Shown: positions 54,507 to 63,342 of the stretch, piece after piece | How the letters are laid out: each line of letters opens with the position of its first letter | Numbering within the stretch: the stretch's first letter is position 1 | DNA from: Syntrophales bacterium | GTDB taxonomy: Bacteria > Desulfobacterota > Syntrophia > Syntrophales > UBA2192 | Length of the DNA stretch: 64,000 nucleotides | Direction of reading: 5' to 3' | Assembly (NCBI GenBank): GCA_036725345.1 | Contig: DAIMEJ010000009.1 | Location: forward strand, 66,169-130,168 | Program-made: the position numbers and the translations under genes | The notes under the pieces: model-generated | Database searches by the model: none | Told to the model about the DNA's origin: nothing | What the model saw: the letters and a program-made list of their open reading frames with translations, nothing else

Positions 54507-55385
54507 ATGATCATCCAGTGCAAGGAATGCGGCACCAAATACCGGTTTGATGAAACCCAGATAGGCGAGGAGGGCGTCTGGGTCCGATGTAACCGCTGCG
54601 GTCATGTTTTCCGCGAAAGACAAGCGGCGGATGAGAAGAGCATCAACCTCGATCAGATCGTCGCCGAGACGGTGAGGCAAGAACCCCCGCCGGCAGATGA
54701 ACAAAGGCACGACGCCGTAGTCGAGGAAGCGGCGCCCCCCGCGGAAGAGAAAAAACCGGAAGAACCCCCGTCTGCAGAGCCGGGAGAGGTGACCTTCCCC
54801 CGAGCGAAAAAGCGGCAGGCCTGGACACCGGTCCGGATCGGACTCTACCTGGCCATGCTGGTCCTCGTCCTGGGGGGTGTCTATCTTTACCTTTTTCCGC
54901 AGATCGGGGAGCAGGTCCTGAATCTCTTCTACAGCAAAACCCCGGAACAGGCGATTCAGCCTGAGAAAAAAACCCCGCCGCCCGCCCAGGCGGGAGGCAT
55001 CAATTTCTCGGAGGTGAGGGAACGGTTTCTCAAGAACCTGATCGTCGGGGGTGATATCCTGGTCATTCAGGGAACGGCCGTGAACGACTTTGACTATTCC
55101 GTGTCCAATATCAAGGTCAAGGGGAAGATCCTGGACAACGCCGGCAAAGTCTTGGGGGAAACCGAGGTGTATGCCGGGAATATCCTCACGGACGATGAAC
55201 TCGTGAAGCTCACCGACAAGGAAATCACGGATGACCTTTCAAAGCCGGAAGGGTCGGACGTCTCGAACGTGAGCATCGCACCGAAAGGGAAGGTCCCCTT
55301 CATGGTCACCTTCATCAACCCGCCGAAGGAAGTGGATGAGTTCATTATCGAGCTGGTCGGTTTCGAGCGCCCCACGGGCGGATGA
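54507..55385 (+). CDS. MJ0042-type zinc-ribbon / DUF3426 membrane protein
   Basis: Start at MIIQCKECGTKYRFD...VRCNRCGHVF (CxxC...CxxC zinc ribbon), with AGAGGGGG upstream. A Pro/Glu-rich linker, one TM (IGLYLAMLVLVLGGVYLYLF) and a C-terminal beta-rich domain follow, as I recall for DUF3426. Confidence 0.7.
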   Translation: MIIQCKECGTKYRFDETQIGEEGVWVRCNRCGHVFRERQAADEKSINLDQIVAETVRQEPPPADEQRHDAVVEEAAPPAEEKKPEEPPSAEPGEVTFPRAKKRQAWTPVRIGLYLAMLVLVLGGVYLYLFPQIGEQVLNLFYSKTPEQAIQPEKKTPPPAQAGGINFSEVRERFLKNLIVGGDILVIQGTAVNDFDYSVSNIKVKGKILDNAGKVLGETEVYAGNILTDDELVKLTDKEITDDLSKPEGSDVSNVSIAPKGKVPFMVTFINPPKEVDEFIIELVGFERPTGG

Positions 55386-56041
55386 CACCGCCGCTTCACA
55401 CGAGGCTTCCTGTCATGAACGGGCCCCAGTTCTTCGACCGTATAACCGTCCAGACGCCCCTTCGGAACATCTACAGGCGCCTGGGGTATAAAAAAGGTGT
55501 CACCCGCCTCGAGGCCGGCCGGCGGGACGAGTTGGAGACCTGGATCCGCGATGCAGGCCTCCTGATGCACCTCAAGGGAGTCGCAAGAAGGTTCCCCGTC
55601 ACGGCACGGGACTCCTCCAGGACCCTCCTTCCGGAAGATGTCGTCTTTGAAAGCCGCGACCTCGCCTCGTTCCTCGACGGCTGCGGAGAGATTGCCCTCA
55701 TTGCAGCCACGGCGGGAGAGGACATCATCAACGCCATCGAACAGACAGCAGCGGCGAACCAGCTCACCCGGGGAGTCGTCTTCGATGCCGTCGCCAGCGA
55801 GACGGTTGACGCGGCGCTGGACTGGATCACGGCCTATTTGCGGCAGGCGCTCCGCCGCGAGAACAAGGCGCCCCGGAGAGGGCGCTTTTCCGCGGGTTAC
55901 GGGGATTTCACCCTGGAGAACCAGAAGCGGATCTTTGAACTCCTGGAATTGCAGCGCATCGGGGTCCGGATCAACGAAAGTTTTATCCTGATCCCCGAAA
56001 AGTCGGTCACGGCCGTTGTCGGGATCCGGGAGAAACCCTGA
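55382..56041 (+). CDS. Stand-alone methionine synthase reactivation (AdoMet-binding, Met_synt_B12-like) domain protein
   Basis: 219-aa ORF with ATGA overlap to the upstream gene, located immediately upstream of an activation-domain-less metH. The C-terminal RFSAGYGD..L..Q..IF..L pattern matches the MetH activation-domain core. Confidence 0.7.
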   Translation: MTPPLHTRLPVMNGPQFFDRITVQTPLRNIYRRLGYKKGVTRLEAGRRDELETWIRDAGLLMHLKGVARRFPVTARDSSRTLLPEDVVFESRDLASFLDGCGEIALIAATAGEDIINAIEQTAAANQLTRGVVFDAVASETVDAALDWITAYLRQALRRENKAPRRGRFSAGYGDFTLENQKRIFELLELQRIGVRINESFILIPEKSVTAVVGIREKP

Positions 56042-56054
56042 CAGGGAAGGACGC

Positions 56055-58454
56055 TTGAAGAAGAGAGACCGAATCAAAAAATTGCTGAGGAAAAGAATCC
56101 TCGTTCTTGACGGCGCCACGGGAACGGAACTCCAGAAGCGGGGTATGCCCGGGGGAGTCTGCCCGGAGTTGTGGTGTCTCGAGAACCCCTCCGTCATCCA
56201 GGACGTCCAGCAGGAATACCGGGCGGCGGGAAGTGACGTCGTCTACACCTGCACTTTCGGCGGGAACCGCTTCAAGCTGGCGGAATTCAATGCCCGCAAT
56301 GTCCTGGAGGTCAACCGGGATCTGGCCCGTGTATCCCGGAAGGCCCTGGGCCCGAAGACGCTCATCGCGGGGGACATCGGACCGACGGGGCAGTTTGTGA
56401 AGCCCTTCGGCAGCCTCGATTTCGAAGAGGCCGTCGATGTCTTCAAGGAGCAGGCCCGCGGGCTCATCGAGGGCGGCGTCGACCTCATCGTCATCGAAAC
56501 GATGATGGACATCCAGGAGGCCCGCGCGGCCCTGATCGCCGTGAAAGAAATATCGGATCTTTTCACCATCGTGACGATGACCTTTGAGAAGGACGGACGG
56601 ACCCTGAACGGGACGGACCCGCGAACGGCGCTCATCACACTCCAGGCGCTCGGCGCCGATGCCGTCGGAAGCAACTGCTCCACAGGCCCGGCGGACATGA
56701 TCAGCTTCGTAAAGGCCATGAAACCCTGCGCGACGGTTCCGCTCGTGGCGAAACCGAATGCCGGCCTTCCCAGACTGGTTGGCGGCAAAACGACCTTTGA
56801 CATGGACGCCAGGGAATTTGCCTCCTATGCCGGCCGCTTCGCCGCGGCGGGCGTCAATCTCGTCGGCGGTTGCTGCGGGACGACCCCTCTCCACATCCGG
56901 GAGTTGAAGGAGAGGATCGGGGGGGCCAGGGCGATCCCGCCCATACGGTCCTCCATCGGCGCCCTCTCCTCGGCGAGAAAGGTTCTCGTCCTGGAAGAGA
57001 AGGGGCCCCTCGCCATCATCGGCGAGGGGATCAACCCGACGGGCAAGAAGGCCCTGCAGGAGGAGCTTCTGCAGGGCAAGACATCCCTCGTCCGCCGGAT
57101 GGCAAGGGAACAGGAGGAAAGCGGGGCCGACCTGCTCGACGTGAATGTGGGGGTGCCCGCTATCGACGAAGTGAAAACCATGAGGGACGTCATCAGCCTT
57201 CTCGCCGTGGCAACGGATCTCCCCCTCGTCATCGACTCGGCGAGGCCCGAGGCCGTCGAGGCGGCCCTGCGTATTTATCCCGGCCGGGCGCTCGTCAACT
57301 CCATCCCGGGTGAAAAGGACAAGATGGAGACGCTCCTTCCCCTCGCCGCGAAATACGGTGCCATGTTCATCCTGCTGCCGCTGGCGGAAGGGGAAATCCC
57401 GGAGACGGCGGAGAAACGAATCAAAATCATCCAGGCCATTTATCGCCGCGCCCGTTCATTCGGTTTCACAAAGGAGGACCTGCTCGTCGACGGCATCGTC
57501 ATGACGGCGGCCTCCAACCCTCAGGCACCCGCGGAAACCCTGAAGACCATCGAATGGGTGTCGAAGACATTCAAGGGCGCCCCCCTGATCGGGCTTTCCA
57601 ACGTGTCCTTCGGGATGCCCGAACGGCGGTGGCTGAACGCGGCCTTTCTGGCCATGGCCGCCGCAAAGGGACTCCGAGCCGCCATCGCCAACCCCACGCG
57701 GGAAGAACTCATGGCCGTCAAGCTGGCGACCGATGTCCTCGGCCAGAGAGACAGGGACGCGTTGAATTATATCGCCCGTTTCTCCGGTCCTTCGGGTCAG
57801 AAGGAGCCGGGGGGGCCGGCGGCGGAACCATCCCCGACGGAAAGCGTGTACCAGGCCATTCTCGACGGGAACCGCGACGACATAAACGACTTCGTTGATG
57901 CTGCGGTCGCAGCGGGCAAAACGGCCCCGGCACTGGTACAGGACACCATGATCCCGGCGATCATCCGCGTCGGGGACCTCTTCGGCCGGAAGGAATACTT
58001 CCTGCCCCAGCTCATCGCGAGCGCGGAGACCATGAAGAAGGCCATGGAGCACCTGGAGCCGCGACTGCGGGCTGCGCGGGCCGGCGGCAAGCGCAAAGGG
58101 CCGATCCTCCTGGCCACGGTGCAGGGCGACATCCACGACATCGGGAAAAGCATCGTCGCGCTCATGTTGCGGAATCACGGCTTCCAGGTCGTCGACCTGG
58201 GGAAGGATGTGTCCGCCGGGGCCATCCTGAAGGCCGTCCGGCGCCACAAGGCCCCTGTCGTGGGGCTCTCGGCACTCATGACGACGACGATGGTCCGCAT
58301 GCCGGAGGTGATCCGTCTCGCAGAGGAAAAGGGGTTGCGGTGCCGGTTTATCCTCGGCGGCGCCGTGGTCACAAAACCCTTCGCCGATTCCCTTGGGGCG
58401 GCCTTTGCCCGGGACGGGGTCGAGGCCGTGAGAATGATCGAAAGGATGCTGTGA
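56055..58454 (+). CDS. metH: Cobalamin-dependent methionine synthase (Hcy, pterin and B12 modules; no activation domain)
   Basis: ORF 56016..58454. I prefer the TTG at 56055 (GGGAAGGA upstream, no overlap with the previous gene). Contains Hcy-binding (ILVLDGATGTEL, GGCCGTTP), pterin-binding and B12-binding DxHxxG (GDIHDIGKSIV) regions. The ORF ends right after the B12 domain. Confidence 0.93.
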   Translation: MKKRDRIKKLLRKRILVLDGATGTELQKRGMPGGVCPELWCLENPSVIQDVQQEYRAAGSDVVYTCTFGGNRFKLAEFNARNVLEVNRDLARVSRKALGPKTLIAGDIGPTGQFVKPFGSLDFEEAVDVFKEQARGLIEGGVDLIVIETMMDIQEARAALIAVKEISDLFTIVTMTFEKDGRTLNGTDPRTALITLQALGADAVGSNCSTGPADMISFVKAMKPCATVPLVAKPNAGLPRLVGGKTTFDMDAREFASYAGRFAAAGVNLVGGCCGTTPLHIRELKERIGGARAIPPIRSSIGALSSARKVLVLEEKGPLAIIGEGINPTGKKALQEELLQGKTSLVRRMAREQEESGADLLDVNVGVPAIDEVKTMRDVISLLAVATDLPLVIDSARPEAVEAALRIYPGRALVNSIPGEKDKMETLLPLAAKYGAMFILLPLAEGEIPETAEKRIKIIQAIYRRARSFGFTKEDLLVDGIVMTAASNPQAPAETLKTIEWVSKTFKGAPLIGLSNVSFGMPERRWLNAAFLAMAAAKGLRAAIANPTREELMAVKLATDVLGQRDRDALNYIARFSGPSGQKEPGGPAAEPSPTESVYQAILDGNRDDINDFVDAAVAAGKTAPALVQDTMIPAIIRVGDLFGRKEYFLPQLIASAETMKKAMEHLEPRLRAARAGGKRKGPILLATVQGDIHDIGKSIVALMLRNHGFQVVDLGKDVSAGAILKAVRRHKAPVVGLSALMTTTMVRMPEVIRLAEEKGLRCRFILGGAVVTKPFADSLGAAFARDGVEAVRMIERML

Positions 58455-58457
58455 CGG

Positions 58458-59252
58458 ATGCCGTACCGGATGGACATAAACCTGGCGGACGTTAAAAGAA
58501 CGGGGGAAGACTTTTCAACGGGACGGGCAGGTCGGTCGCCCCTGAAGAGGGACCTCCTTCTGGCCGTCGCGCTGTCTCTGTCCGTCCACATCGGGGCGGC
58601 CCTAGCCCTCGTCTCCCTGCCGTCACCGCCCATCTTGTCCTCGAAGGGAACGGGAACTTTTGAGATCGCCTTTTTCCTGAGCGACGCCCCGTTACCTGGA
58701 GAGTCCGCAATGCCGGCGGAGAGGAAAGCCTCTAGCACGAAAGTTGCAAAATCAGTACGGATCGAGAAGGCACCGCTGAAGGCGGGGGACAGCGAATCGG
58801 CCCTCTCTCGGGAAACGGTGACGGTGGACATCATGTCCGCGAGCAGTGTCCTCCAAAAGGATGCGGTGGCCGTCGGACCGGCAGAGAGCGCCTCCGCCGC
58901 CGGCGGCGGTATCGGCCCGGCCGGCCGCGCATCGCAGGAGGGGTCGACGGGTCCCGCGGGGACCACCATCGCCATGCCCCGCTACTTCGACAACAAACGG
59001 CCCGCATACCCGCTGGCCGCTCGCAGAAACGGTTACGAGGGGACGATCGTCCTCTCCGCCCAGGTTTTAAGCAGCGGTGACGTCGGGGAACTTCGGGTCA
59101 AGAAATCATCGGGGTACGAGATCCTCGACCAATCGGCGCTGGAAGCCGTCAGGCAGTGGCGCTTTGAGCCCGGGAAGCGAATGGGTCAGCCGGTCACGAC
59201 ATGGGTGGAGGTTCCCATACGGTTCGTGTTGACGGCGCAAGGACATTTGTAA
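58458..59252 (+). CDS. tonB: TonB family protein
   Basis: 264-aa ORF with an N-terminal TM (LLLAVALSLSVHIGAALALVSL), a low-complexity linker and a C-terminal TonB domain (YPLAARRNGYEGTIVL...ILDQSALEAVRQWRFEPG). Confidence 0.85.
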   Translation: MPYRMDINLADVKRTGEDFSTGRAGRSPLKRDLLLAVALSLSVHIGAALALVSLPSPPILSSKGTGTFEIAFFLSDAPLPGESAMPAERKASSTKVAKSVRIEKAPLKAGDSESALSRETVTVDIMSASSVLQKDAVAVGPAESASAAGGGIGPAGRASQEGSTGPAGTTIAMPRYFDNKRPAYPLAARRNGYEGTIVLSAQVLSSGDVGELRVKKSSGYEILDQSALEAVRQWRFEPGKRMGQPVTTWVEVPIRFVLTAQGHL

Positions 59253-59255
59253 CGG

Positions 59256-59834
59256 ATGAACTGGAACGACAGGACAAATCGGCAGAGGCTCGCCGAGATC
59301 ATCCTCGAGCGAGCCTTCAAATACTGCGAGAACCCGCCCTTCACGCTCGCCTCGGGAAGGACAAGCCCCTACTATTTCAACTGCAAGCCCGTGACCCTTG
59401 ACCCCGAAGGGATGAACCTCATCGGCCACATTCTCTTCGACATGCTCGCGGGATCCGGTGTGACGGCGGCGGGAGGGCTGACCCTCGGGGCCGATCCCCT
59501 CGCGAACGCCCTCGCCGTGATTTCCTTCCAGAGGGGGAACCCGATCAAGTCGTTCACGGTCCGCAAGGAGACGAAGGGGCACGGCACGAAGAGCCGCATC
59601 GAGGGGGCCGTAAAACCCGGGGAAAAGGTGGTCATCCTCGACGACGTTATTACCACGGGGGGATCCACGATCGCCGCCATAGAAAGCGTCAGGGCCGAGG
59701 GGCTGATCGTGGATCGCGTCATCGCCCTCATCGACCGTGAGGAGGGCGGCCGGGAAAACATAGAGAAGCTCGTGGGTCGAGTGGATGCCGTTTTCAAGAG
59801 AACGGAAATCATGGCCCTCTACAGAAAGGATTGA
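59256..59834 (+). CDS. pyrE: Orotate phosphoribosyltransferase
   Basis: 192-aa ORF with PRPP-binding VVILDDVITTGGS and FTLASGRTSPYYFNCK. Confidence 0.92.
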   Translation: MNWNDRTNRQRLAEIILERAFKYCENPPFTLASGRTSPYYFNCKPVTLDPEGMNLIGHILFDMLAGSGVTAAGGLTLGADPLANALAVISFQRGNPIKSFTVRKETKGHGTKSRIEGAVKPGEKVVILDDVITTGGSTIAAIESVRAEGLIVDRVIALIDREEGGRENIEKLVGRVDAVFKRTEIMALYRKD

Positions 59835-59835
59835 C

Positions 59836-60609
59836 ATGTCTTCACAGCGCTTCCGCCTGCTCATTCTGTCTCTTCTGCTCTCAGGGTTGACGGTCTGCCT
59901 GCATTTGACGGGGTACGCAACCGTCGCGGAACGGATATCGGTGACCCAGTTCCATTCCTCGAGCCTTCAAAACGGAGCCCCGGAAGGATGGGAACTCGAA
60001 AAACGCAAAGGAACGCCGGTCATTCGCCTGGAGAAGATCTCGAAAATCAACTTGATGAACATCCTGCCCCGCCTGCCCGTGAAAAAGGACGCTGGGGATT
60101 ATTACGTCCTTCGCATGACCAGTGACGCCCGGTCCGCTTTCGGTATCCGGAAGGCCATGCAGGTGGACCTCAAAGAGCACCCGTTCCTGAACTGGAAATG
60201 GGCCGTCACAAAACTCCCCGAGGGGGGTGACGTGCGCAAGAAGGACAGCGACGATCAGGCCATGCAGGTCTACATCGCCTTCAAGCCGGCAGGATTCACC
60301 GCCAACCCGCTGAGCGCCCCGCTGCTCGGTTACATCTGGGACACGGAGGCGCCCGTGGGAACGACCTGCAGGAGCGCCCAGACCAACGGGGACAAAGTCC
60401 GCTATATCGTCATGAGAAATAAGATAAACAAGACGGGCCGCTGGTACACCGAAAAGAGAAACGTCTACAAGGACTACCGGGTGCTCTTCAGCGATATCAA
60501 CGGGGGAGAGCCTCCCGAGATCATGGGCATCGTGCTGTACATCAACTCGCAGCGCACACAAAGCGGTGCCGAGGCCCTGATCCACGACGTCTTCTTCAGC
60601 AAGAGCTGA
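59836..60609 (+). CDS. Exported DUF3047-like protein
   Basis: ORF 59785..60609 trimmed to MSSQRFRLLILSLLLSGLTV (signal-like). The WKW.V..LP.GGDVRKK..DDQAMQVYIAF segment matches my memory of DUF3047. Confidence 0.55.
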   Translation: MSSQRFRLLILSLLLSGLTVCLHLTGYATVAERISVTQFHSSSLQNGAPEGWELEKRKGTPVIRLEKISKINLMNILPRLPVKKDAGDYYVLRMTSDARSAFGIRKAMQVDLKEHPFLNWKWAVTKLPEGGDVRKKDSDDQAMQVYIAFKPAGFTANPLSAPLLGYIWDTEAPVGTTCRSAQTNGDKVRYIVMRNKINKTGRWYTEKRNVYKDYRVLFSDINGGEPPEIMGIVLYINSQRTQSGAEALIHDVFFSKS

Positions 60610-61282
60610 GGCGTCTCATCCTGTTGACGAGCAGGTGGGCCTGCCGGACGGGTTCGGGGATCCGGTAGCCCCTGCAGCAGGACAGGGCGAGACGGATGGA
60701 TTGCAGGAAACCCACCCGGTGCCCCTGGGAGACATAAATCGGCTTGACGCGCTCTTTCGTGCGCACCACGGCGCCGACGGCCCGCCCCTCAAGAAAAAGT
60801 TCCGCGTAATCCCCCGTGGCCTCCCCCACTTCATCGTGCTCGCCGACGAGTTTCGTTTTCGCGCATCCCACCGAAGCCACGCTCAGAAGCAGCCCCATGT
60901 GCGAGGCCAGGCCGAGACCTCTCGGGTGGGCAATGCCCTGGCCGTCGAAGAGCACCACGTCGGGCGCCCGATTCAGTTTCTCGAAGGCCCGGATGAGGGG
61001 CGGCCCCTCCCGGAAGGAAAGGAGTCCCGGAATGTAGGGGAAGCGCACCTTCTCGAAGTGGGTGGCCTCCTCGACCGTGCGCAGTGAGGGCCACTCCAGA
61101 ATGACGACGGCCGCGAAAAATCGATCGTCACCCCGGGTGTACGAGATATCGGCCCCGCCAACGTAACGGATTCGCCCGGACAGCAGGTTTTCGTTGAGGC
61201 GCAGTTTTTCGCGAAGGGACCGCTGGATTTTCACGGCTTCGCGGGGTGTCACGTCCCAGGGATGCAAGCGCCTGACTTTCAT
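60596..61282 (-). CDS. nfi: Endonuclease V
   Basis: 228-aa ORF with GGADISY, PYIPGLLSFREGP and FDGQGIAHPRGLGLASH motifs. Its 3' end overlaps the convergent gene by 14 nt. Confidence 0.93.
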   Translation of the reverse strand: MKVRRLHPWDVTPREAVKIQRSLREKLRLNENLLSGRIRYVGGADISYTRGDDRFFAAVVILEWPSLRTVEEATHFEKVRFPYIPGLLSFREGPPLIRAFEKLNRAPDVVLFDGQGIAHPRGLGLASHMGLLLSVASVGCAKTKLVGEHDEVGEATGDYAELFLEGRAVGAVVRTKERVKPIYVSQGHRVGFLQSIRLALSCCRGYRIPEPVRQAHLLVNRMRRLSSC

Positions 61283-61333
61283 GATGGGCTTGAAACAGTG
61301 AGAGATGTGTGCGTTAAGGGTATTTTCGAACCT

Positions 61334-62173
61334 TTAAAGGTTGAAGGTCATGTCCCGCCTGACCGCGAATATCTCCATGCGGGCCCCCCGGGCGGATGCC
61401 GCCTTCCGGCAGGAATCGACGATCTCGTCGATCTCCTTGTCCGTCCGATCCTGGTTGTGATGAAACAGGCCGAGTTTCCGGACTTCCGCGCGGACGGCCA
61501 GTTCGAGTGCGCTTTGCCAGGTGGAATGCCCCCAGCCTTTGTAGGTCGCGTATTCCTCTTCGGTGTACTCCGCGTCGTGCATGAGCAGATCGGCCCCTTT
61601 CGAAAACTCGACGTAGGCCTCCGGGGGGAGACCGCCGCCGTGGATATGACCGAGCTCGTTGTCGGTGATAAACACGAAACGCTTCCCGTCCTCGGTGAAC
61701 CTGTACCCGTTTCCCTGGTTCGGGTGACTGATCGCGATGGGCTCTACGCGCATGGAGTCCACCATGAACATCTCGGGGCAGGGCGCGTGATATTGTATCG
61801 AAGCCTGCACATCCGAAAAGTCCACGGGGAAGTTGGGTGAAGACATGACCCTGCCGAGGATGCTGTCGACAAACTGTTCCGCGAAAAAGCAACTGTGGAT
61901 CCGGAGTTCGGCCTTCTTCACATACAGGGGCCTGAAGAACGGGAAACCCAGCAGGTGGTCCCAGTGGGCGTGAGTGAAGAGGATGTCGTAGCTGTACCGG
62001 CCCTCCTTGATGAGCTGATTGCCGAGCCTGCGGATGCCCGACCCCGCGTCGATGATGATGACCCGATCGCCCTTGGTTCGGATTTCGATACAGGTCGTGT
62101 CCCCGCCGTAGATATTGAACTCCTCTCCCGACACAGGTATGGACCCTCTTGACCCCCAGCATTTGATGTACAT
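61334..62173 (-). CDS. MBL-fold metallo-hydrolase
   Basis: 279-aa ORF with THAHWDH metal-binding motif, IIDAGSG and a downstream HD/H pattern. Confidence 0.85.
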   Translation of the reverse strand: MYIKCWGSRGSIPVSGEEFNIYGGDTTCIEIRTKGDRVIIIDAGSGIRRLGNQLIKEGRYSYDILFTHAHWDHLLGFPFFRPLYVKKAELRIHSCFFAEQFVDSILGRVMSSPNFPVDFSDVQASIQYHAPCPEMFMVDSMRVEPIAISHPNQGNGYRFTEDGKRFVFITDNELGHIHGGGLPPEAYVEFSKGADLLMHDAEYTEEEYATYKGWGHSTWQSALELAVRAEVRKLGLFHHNQDRTDKEIDEIVDSCRKAASARGARMEIFAVRRDMTFNL

Positions 62174-62182
62174 GGCGTTTCC

Positions 62183-63130
62183 TTAAGTTTTGTCCCGCCG
62201 GGCCAGGCGGGAGACTATCTCCTCGGCCTTCGCCTTGTCTCTCAGGATTTGGTCGGCAAGCTTCTGCGGGCTTTCAAATTTCATTTCACTGCGGATCCGC
62301 TCGATGAATGAAACCGTCAGTCCCCTGCCGTATAGCTCCCCGCCGAAATTCATGATGTGAACCTCCACGGAGAGTTTTTCATTGGAAAAGGTGGGGTTGA
62401 ACCCCACATTCAGAACCCCGGCGTGGCGGACCCCCTCCAGGTCGACCTCGACGGCGTAGACGCCGTTGGCGGGGAGCAGTTCCTTGCCGGGCTCGATATT
62501 GGCCGTCGGTATTCCGATCGCCCTCCCCCGCTGGTAACCGCGTATGACCCTGCCGCTCAGGCTGTAGGGTCGACCCAGCAGGAGGGCGGCCTTCCGGACG
62601 TCCCCGTCCAGGACGGCCATCCGGATGTTCGTGCTGCTGACGGTGGTGTTATTGACCCTGAAGGTGTTGATGCTCTCGACTTCGAATCCCAGCATCCCCC
62701 CCATGGACCGGAGGAAATCCTCGTTCCCCTGCTTCCGGTTCCCGAAGGCGTAATCGTGTCCGATGAAGACTTTCTGGGCGCGCAACGTGCCCCAGAGGAT
62801 CTCCCGGACAAAAGCCTCGGCCGTGACGGCGGAGAAGGCCCGCGTGAAAGTGATGAGCAAAACGGCGTCAATACCGAGGGCCTCGATCAGTTTCACCTTC
62901 TCGTCAAGGGTGGTGAGAAGGTAGAACGGCCTTCTTTCAGGATGCAGGACCTGCTGGGGATGAGGATTGAAGGTGATGACGATCGAGCGGGTCTTCCTTT
63001 CGCGCGCTTCCTTCACGACCCGGTTGAGGATATCCTGGTGGGCCAGGTGGATGCCGTCGAAGTTGCCGATGGTGATGACGGAGGATTGAAATTCCGGTGT
63101 TGCTTCCCCGATGCCTTTAAAAACCTTCAT
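62183..63130 (-). CDS. ribF: Bifunctional riboflavin kinase / FMN adenylyltransferase
   Basis: 315-aa ORF with ITIGNFDGIHLAH (FAD synthetase) and a C-terminal riboflavin kinase region (GIPTANI, GVLNVGFNPTF, EVHIMNF). Confidence 0.95.
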   Translation of the reverse strand: MKVFKGIGEATPEFQSSVITIGNFDGIHLAHQDILNRVVKEARERKTRSIVITFNPHPQQVLHPERRPFYLLTTLDEKVKLIEALGIDAVLLITFTRAFSAVTAEAFVREILWGTLRAQKVFIGHDYAFGNRKQGNEDFLRSMGGMLGFEVESINTFRVNNTTVSSTNIRMAVLDGDVRKAALLLGRPYSLSGRVIRGYQRGRAIGIPTANIEPGKELLPANGVYAVEVDLEGVRHAGVLNVGFNPTFSNEKLSVEVHIMNFGGELYGRGLTVSFIERIRSEMKFESPQKLADQILRDKAKAEEIVSRLARRDKT

Positions 63131-63208
63131 GAAAAAAGAACGCGCCGCCTGTGATGTTTGATGAATTCACTCTACCATTTACGTTTCTTATTTCAAGCCT
63201 AATTTCGC

Positions 63209-63235
63209 TTGACAACATTGCGTCATCATTATAAT
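63209..63235 (+). promoter_or_regulatory. Candidate promoter of tRNA-Leu(CAG)
   Basis: TTGACA (63209-63214), 15 nt, TATAAT (63230-63235) in an AT-rich spacer, 20 nt upstream of the tRNA 5' end. The spacer is short. Confidence 0.45.
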
Positions 63236-63255
63236 TATTCAATATTGTCGCGCGT

Positions 63256-63342
63256 GCCGAAGTGGCGGAATTGGTAGACGCGCTAGGTTCAGGGTCTAGT
63301 GGGCGTAGGCCTGTCCGGGTTCAAATCCCGGCTTCGGCACCA
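63256..63342 (+). tRNA. tRNA-Leu (anticodon CAG)
   Basis: GCCGAAGTGGCGGAATTGGTAGACGCGCTAGGTTCAGGGTCTAGTGGGCGTAGGCCTGTCCGGGTTCAAATCCCGGCTTCGGCACCA. Long variable arm, anticodon loop TTCAGGG. Confidence 0.92.

Noticed and set aside
55382-56054. Cobalamin or SAM riboswitch in front of metH. ZTP/THF-type riboswitches in front of purU (52107-52173) or glyA (30628-30652).
   Set aside because: metH and its activation-domain gene have essentially no upstream non-coding space. The purU leader is about 67 nt and AT-rich, and the glyA spacer is 25 nt. None can accommodate those aptamers.
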